Positions 47,520-64,000 of a DNA stretch of 64,000 bases are shown here, in pieces. The stretch's first letter is position 1, and every line of letters starts with the position of its first letter. The DNA comes from Hormiphora californensis (Eukaryota; Animalia; Ctenophora): positions 558,001-622,000 of the forward strand of contig CM035358.1 in assembly GCA_020137815.1 (NCBI GenBank), given 5' to 3'. The position numbers and the translations under genes were made by a program. Under the pieces are notes generated by a model. The model was not told where the DNA came from, searched no databases, and worked only from the letters and a program-made list of their open reading frames with translations.

Positions 47520-48848
47520 TTAACAAGCATCGACTCTAGAATCCTCTCTTTCTTCTCCATCAGTAAAGTAGCGTACATCTTGAAACTGGAGGACTTCATT
47601 TCCCCAAGACGTCCATCCTGGAGTTAGATTCCTTGCAAACACCTCCAACCCCTCTGTTCCTGCTACACGATCCTGCTCAGACCCACTATCTCCACTCCTC
47701 ACGGGGAAGAGCTCACTGAACACATTAGTAAGGGGAGGTTTACGGGAGTGTTGTACACACGGCACACTCACAATAACTCTCTTGAGGTGGGTGTAAGGGT
47801 CACTGTCGGGTATATGACACACTGTCTCGTCTGAAGCTGGACATTTCCGGGAGCTACCCTCAGAGGTATGTATATCTGTTACTGTGGTAGTACACTGTTC
47901 TGTTTCTTGAGAGAGAGAACTGTCTACTGATTCTGTTGTTTGTTCCAGAAGGTACAGTGGAAATGAGACAAGATCTTTCAGTTGATTTTCATCAAAAGTT
48001 CCTTCCTTAGTTTCATCCTCTGTTTGTTGCCCGATAAACAGCATCTCGTACGGTTTCTTGTGTGGGCTGTGGAATGGCACAATTGGTTCTCCGCTAGTGG
48101 TAACCTTCAGCCAAAAACAAACCCTCACCAACTCAAGACCCCATCGCGGGAGAAGTGAGTTCACGACATGTTCAATATAGCTGGGTTTGTTAGTAACCCA
48201 AACAGCAACAACCCCACCAGGTGACAATAACGAAGGAATGGGCAATTTGTCAAACATGTACCCAACCTTCTCATACCTTCTATCATGATACCCCTCTTTG
48301 TTATTCCGCATCTGTGTGGACAGCATTTGGTATCTGGCCCCACGTTTCACAGATTTATTAAGCCAGGGTGGATCAACGACTATTCTTGGGAATCGGGAAC
48401 ATAGTTTGGGAAGCATGTCGAAGTGGGAAATGTCTGACAGCAGGAATGAGGAATAGGGAGGAATAAAATAAGTTGCGTCTCCTGCCTTGAGTTTCAAAGT
48501 TTTACCGGAGCTGTTGGAAGTGAAACGATTATAAAGTCCAGTCTCTTTCAAGGTGATAACATCCTTTCCAAGTTTGTCAAGTTGTGATGGGTAGGGGACT
48601 GCAGCCCCAAAATCAGTACACCCCCTTGACAACTGGCAGTTTTTGTGACTGGGAACATCACCGTTCGATAACCAAGGGTCTGATGGATAACTAATGGATT
48701 GGAACACCTCAGAAACATCATGGCGACAGCAAGAGTTTTTCAGTTTAAAATGTGGTTTCGGTTGGTGGAACAATCCCGCTATTGGAGGTGGTTTCAAGAA
48801 TGATCCGTGATCGAGAATGATTAGCTTATCATTACTAAAGACTATCAT
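47520..48848 (-). CDS. METTL4: MT-A70 family N6-adenine methyltransferase, METTL4-like, intronless (442 aa)
   Basis: YFIPPYSSFLLSDI, IVVDPPWLNKSVKR (DPPW), VAVWVTN, WLKVTTSGEP...HKKPYE, SVPCVQHSRKPPL, LEVFARNLTPGWTSWGNEVLQFQ. Confidence 0.95.
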   Translation of the reverse strand: MIVFSNDKLIILDHGSFLKPPPIAGLFHQPKPHFKLKNSCCRHDVSEVFQSISYPSDPWLSNGDVPSHKNCQLSRGCTDFGAAVPYPSQLDKLGKDVITLKETGLYNRFTSNSSGKTLKLKAGDATYFIPPYSSFLLSDISHFDMLPKLCSRFPRIVVDPPWLNKSVKRGARYQMLSTQMRNNKEGYHDRRYEKVGYMFDKLPIPSLLSPGGVVAVWVTNKPSYIEHVVNSLLPRWGLELVRVCFWLKVTTSGEPIVPFHSPHKKPYEMLFIGQQTEDETKEGTFDENQLKDLVSFPLYLLEQTTESVDSSLSQETEQCTTTVTDIHTSEGSSRKCPASDETVCHIPDSDPYTHLKRVIVSVPCVQHSRKPPLTNVFSELFPVRSGDSGSEQDRVAGTEGLEVFARNLTPGWTSWGNEVLQFQDVRYFTDGEEREDSRVDAC

Positions 48849-49015
48849 TGCTATCAGAGCGTTTTCTTAATGATCAATGGCTCATAAAGCGAACTCAAGC
48901 ACCTTAAAAGTTAAAAGTGAAAACTCAAAAACAGAAAACTCAACAAAATTTGACGATAAATTTGACGAAAACTTGATCAACTTCGCAGGAAAATAGGATG
49001 CACGTTTCTGATTTA

Positions 49016-49319
49016 AAGTGCGTTTCAAACTTGGCAAACGTTGCTGGCCCCCGATAGCAGCGCGGGATAAGGCAGCGCTTTTCAAGTTTCAAACGACTTG
49101 ACCTGAGATTCCTGGAAATTCAGGATTTCCCCTTTGTAAAGTCCGTTTCAAGCGACTTGACCCGTAATTCTTGGAATTTGGCGCATTGCGCGTGTATTTA
49201 CAAAGGGGAAATCCTGAATTTCCAGGAATCTCAGGTCAAGTCGTTTGAAACGCACTTTAAATACACGCGCAATGCGCCAAATTCCAAGAATTACGGGTCA
49301 AGTCGCTTGAAACGGACTT
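49016..49319. mobile_element. Triple nested insertion: 119-bp MITE containing the 57-bp mini-element (49030-49086) and an inverted copy of itself (49139-49257)
   Basis: TA TSDs at both MITE levels and a TTTCAAA TSD around the mini-element. The empty site is visible in the paralogous copy (~52375-52385). Confidence 0.92.
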
Positions 49320-49872
49320 TAAACGTAGCGCGCTAAGCTAAAACAAAACAACGATGCATCTAAGCGATGCGCGTTTAAATTTTGATTTGTCACAAAAACT
49401 GAAAAAATCACATTTTAAAAACCGACTTTTGTGACGAATCACGAAATGACCAAGTTTAGCTTCGTTCTTCTGTCTGTGATGTAACAAGGAAATCTAACGA
49501 CTTGTTTTCTATCCAATACATACATATTACACAATATTGAGTCCCTTTTTTGCCCCAGCGAGCGTAAAATTGTTGGTTAAATGGACGGGAAACTACTACT
49601 TCCCCCTAAATCTGCTGCTCCTCCTGGATCCTACTGCTTCGCCCTGAACATGCTACTTCTTATGATGATATTTTGACTACTACTTCTTCTTGACCATTTC
49701 CTCTTATGTTATTTCCTCTGCTCAACCTCCTTTCGTTGTAGCACCGTTTTTAGACTGAGTTTGCTTCTTTGAAATATTTCTTATCCTATAAATCAGCCGT
49801 ACCAAAATTTGTCGATTTTCTATTCCCATTCATTGATAGATTCTCAATCGTAGACTGCTAGCCGATGCTGTT

Positions 49873-50341
49873 ATGAACAGCAATGGTAAGCTAATTGACA
49901 GCATCATAGATGGACATCTGGCAGTGAAACCAGCAGGTAATTTGTAATCAATTGAAGTTATACTCTTTTTTAGCCTCAGGCAGAGTAATTGAATGTTTTT
50001 GTTTCAGGGACGATAGCATCTCTACTACCGTGGCCTAAAAAATGGTAAGAGCCGCATTAGATTCGTACAAAAGCTCTCTTTGTTTTGATCCTTCCCTCTC
50101 CCTCGCCCCTCTCCCATTCTTCTCCCCTCCCTCCTCTCTTTTTTTCATGTTGTATCCTCTCCGTTCTAAGCTCACCACTCCTTCTCTCCAGGATTTCATG
50201 TGATTTGATAGAAGGTGTGTTTCACATTTACCATAAAGAAGGCGACACAGAATGTGTATCTCTCATCCACCTACCTGGTTCTGAGTATGCAGTCGATCCA
50301 AAGGAAGCACTACAGTTTTCTATCTCTGTGAAACACCCCGT
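49873..50341 (+). CDS. Duplicated 5' exons (N-terminal part of the PH domain) of the TBC1D2-like gene
   Basis: MNSNGKLIDSIIDGHLAVKPAGTIASLLPWPKKWISCDLIEGVFHIYHK...FSISVKHP with intact splice sites, matching 52967-53436. Confidence 0.7.
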
Positions 50342-52966
50342 GTGAGTATTCTGGGGAACTTTAACTTATAAATCCCACCCTGCACATGACACATCTGGTA
50401 TTAGTATGGCGGTTCAGACAGTTGGAAATAACTAATGTAAAGATACAAATCCTTCTCCCTCGGAATTTCGAAGTGTTACCCTGTCAGTTGCCGATTGACA
50501 GAGATCAGGGAAGAGATCGAGAGAGAGTTTCTTTTCTCTGCCAGTTATAGACTTGTCAACTGACATTGGACAGGGACTTGTAATTTTACAGTTGTTACCT
50601 CAAAGTGGTTCCAACTTTCTGAGCCACCCTTTACAGTCTAAAATAAGGGGGGGGGGGGTGAAATCGACCTGTACCTCGACAGTGGTGTAAATAGTATCAG
50701 TAGCAGTGTGTTTGTGTTCTAGAGAAAGGGAAGATAGAGAAAGGGAAGATAGAGAGAGGGAGGGACCCACAACAGCTAAGTAGCATCAATGTCCAGTACA
50801 ACTCTGAGTGCTGTGTTTGGAGATGGAGTATGAGAGTGGTTTCAACTATTCACAACCCTGTGACGCAGGAACGCTGTGACGTGACACACGATAGAGTCTC
50901 TGTACTGAATCAATAAGTTGACCAATCAGCTGCTTTTGAGTCGCATAGTTCTGATAAGTGATACAATGAGATAGTGTTTATTTGGGACTGCAGGCGACTC
51001 GGAGATTTATTTTAGGAAAAAATATGGGACGGTTTCGACGTCGGGTAATAAATAAAATACAAATGAAAGTCCAGCCCCGTGCGAGGGATACCGAAACACG
51101 CATCAAAACACAAATAACAAAATTGTCTTGTAACCCACAAGCTTGTGGGGCTTGAGAGAATGTTCCGTTCCATAATTATCCTATCTCGTATGGAGTGGAT
51201 GGAGAGGAGAGTAGGCAAATAGGTAAAGTAAACTTGAGTTAAAGTTCTGCGAGGGAAGGCGTGTTAGAAAAGTGTACTATCGAATGAAACAGGGGAAAGC
51301 ACGGCGGGGGAGGAAAGGAAAAATAGATGGAGGGGGGGGCAATAAGTAGCAGGGGACAAATAAAAAACAACACGAAGAAAAGATGCAAGGGATAGAAACA
51401 AATAGATGGTATGTATGGAATGGTCTTACCAACCAAACAAGGAACATTTAAAAACCAACGAATAAAACCACGAATAAAAACATAAGGTCATACCAAACCT
51501 TACACTCAAAAACAACATAGACACTCGAAACAAACACACCAATATAACACATCAAAACATGGATTAAAAAGCACACACAACAATGAGTAAAACAGCGAAA
51601 ACAAAAAACAAGGAGCAAACAGGTACAAACAAGGGCACACTGTCAGTCAGTCGGGTCGAAGTGCAGTCAACTGTATTAATACAGTTAAATACTCTCTTAA
51701 GAGTGGGGTCGAGAGAACTAATACGTATTGACAACTGTATTAACATTGAGAGGGCAACTCTGTTGATGCCACACATTGTCTATCATCTTTTCATATTCAG
51801 TTTTACAATTGATTGACAAATTGTTACATCTTTTGGTCGGGCTTAGGAAGACAAGTATTGATATCTTCCCAATTTGTGGGGTCACCCAATTTGTGGGGTC
51901 ACCCGACTGTAAACTATATAGATGTAACGATCTACTGATCGACACTGCGTACAACACAACTAGCAAAAACGTAGTTAACAGTGACAAATTATTCATCCAG
52001 GCATTTGGTGAAGGCTGCTCAAGCTTTTTCAAAAATTTCTTTCAACGAAAAACATCTAAAAAGTAGCCAAATTAAGGGCAACGATGAATTTGTAAGTTTA
52101 GAATCAACAACGACCCAAATAAAACAGGATATAAAGAAAAAACATCGAAATCGCAAATAAATTGTACAGACCGTCCGGATCAAACCTCCCAGAATCCACA
52201 AAAGTGGAAATGAAAAATTTCTGGTTCGGCTCGAGTATGGACGAACAAGTGGCACAACGCGCGCAAGCAAGAACAAAATGCGCGGCTTGGAATTGCGCGG
52301 TCTGGAGCTGCGCTCTCCACTAAATTTGACGAAAACTTGACGAAACTTCGCAGGAAAATAGGATGCACGTTTCTGATTTAAATGTAGCGCGCGAAGCTAA
52401 AACAAAACAACGATGCATTTAACGGATGCGCGTTTAAATTTAGATTTGTCACAAAAACTGAAATTTTAATCACATTTTTAAAAACCGACTTTTGTGACGA
52501 ATCACGAAATGACCAAGTTTAGCCTCGTTCTTCTGTCTGTGATGTAACAAGGACATCCAACGACTTGTTTTCTATCCAATACATACACATTACACAATAT
52601 TGAGTCCCCTTTTTTGCTCCGGCGAGCGTAAAATTGTTGGTTAAATGGACGGAATGCTCCCTCTGAACCTACTACTTCCCACTAAATCTGTTGCTCCTCC
52701 TGGATCCTACTGCTTCGCCCTGAACATGCTACTTCTTATGATGATATTTTGACTACTACTTCTTCTTGAACATTTTTTAAACCTATCTCTTATGTTCTTT
52801 CCTCTGCTCAACCTCCAGAACCCTTTCGTTGTAGCACCGTTTTTTAGACTGAGTTTGCATCTTTGAAATACTTCTTATCCTATAAATCAGCCGTACCAAA
52901 AATTGTCGATTTTCTATTCCCATTCATTAATAGATTCTCAATCGTAGACTGCTAGCCGATGCTGTT

Positions 52967-64000
<11,034 letters not shown>

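Larger units (their letters stand above)
48958..51042 (+). repeat. Segmental duplication copy 1 (promoter + TBC1D2-like exons 1-3 + half MITE)
   Basis: Colinear and highly similar to 52322-54124, apart from the nested MITE insertion and small indels. Confidence 0.93.

Overview
Eukaryotic, intron-rich animal DNA, most likely from a ctenophore (Pleurobrachia/Hormiphora-like). The assignment rests on two copies of a ~39-nt sequence ending AACAAATTAATTTGAG that matches my recollection of the ctenophore spliced-leader (SL) exon, on antisense genes nested in introns, and on a ctenophore-type 7TM receptor. Left to right the window holds: an intact CRE-like non-LTR retrotransposon (PHD + RT + Zn knuckle + restriction-like endonuclease) headed by an SL-exon copy; a ~17-exon type-I membrane protein gene that I assemble as signal peptide - SUEL lectin - beta/gamma-crystallin - linker - TM - NPxY tail; a YhhN/TMEM86-like gene with a nested antisense GPCR; GPN2; a small secreted protein; a frameshifted helical-repeat gene; GCDH with a nested antisense LBP/BPI-like gene; intronless METTL4 only ~165 bp upstream of GCDH; and a TBC1D2-like Rab-GAP whose promoter and first three coding exons are duplicated. 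Non-coding DNA is dominated by palindromic (foldback) elements of 1.3-4.4 kb that share modules, TA-flanked MITEs (some nested), a ~50-bp TSD-flanked mini-element, and minisatellites built from amplified splice-acceptor regions. Exon models were assembled by eye from GT/AG sites and phase continuity. No database searches were run.
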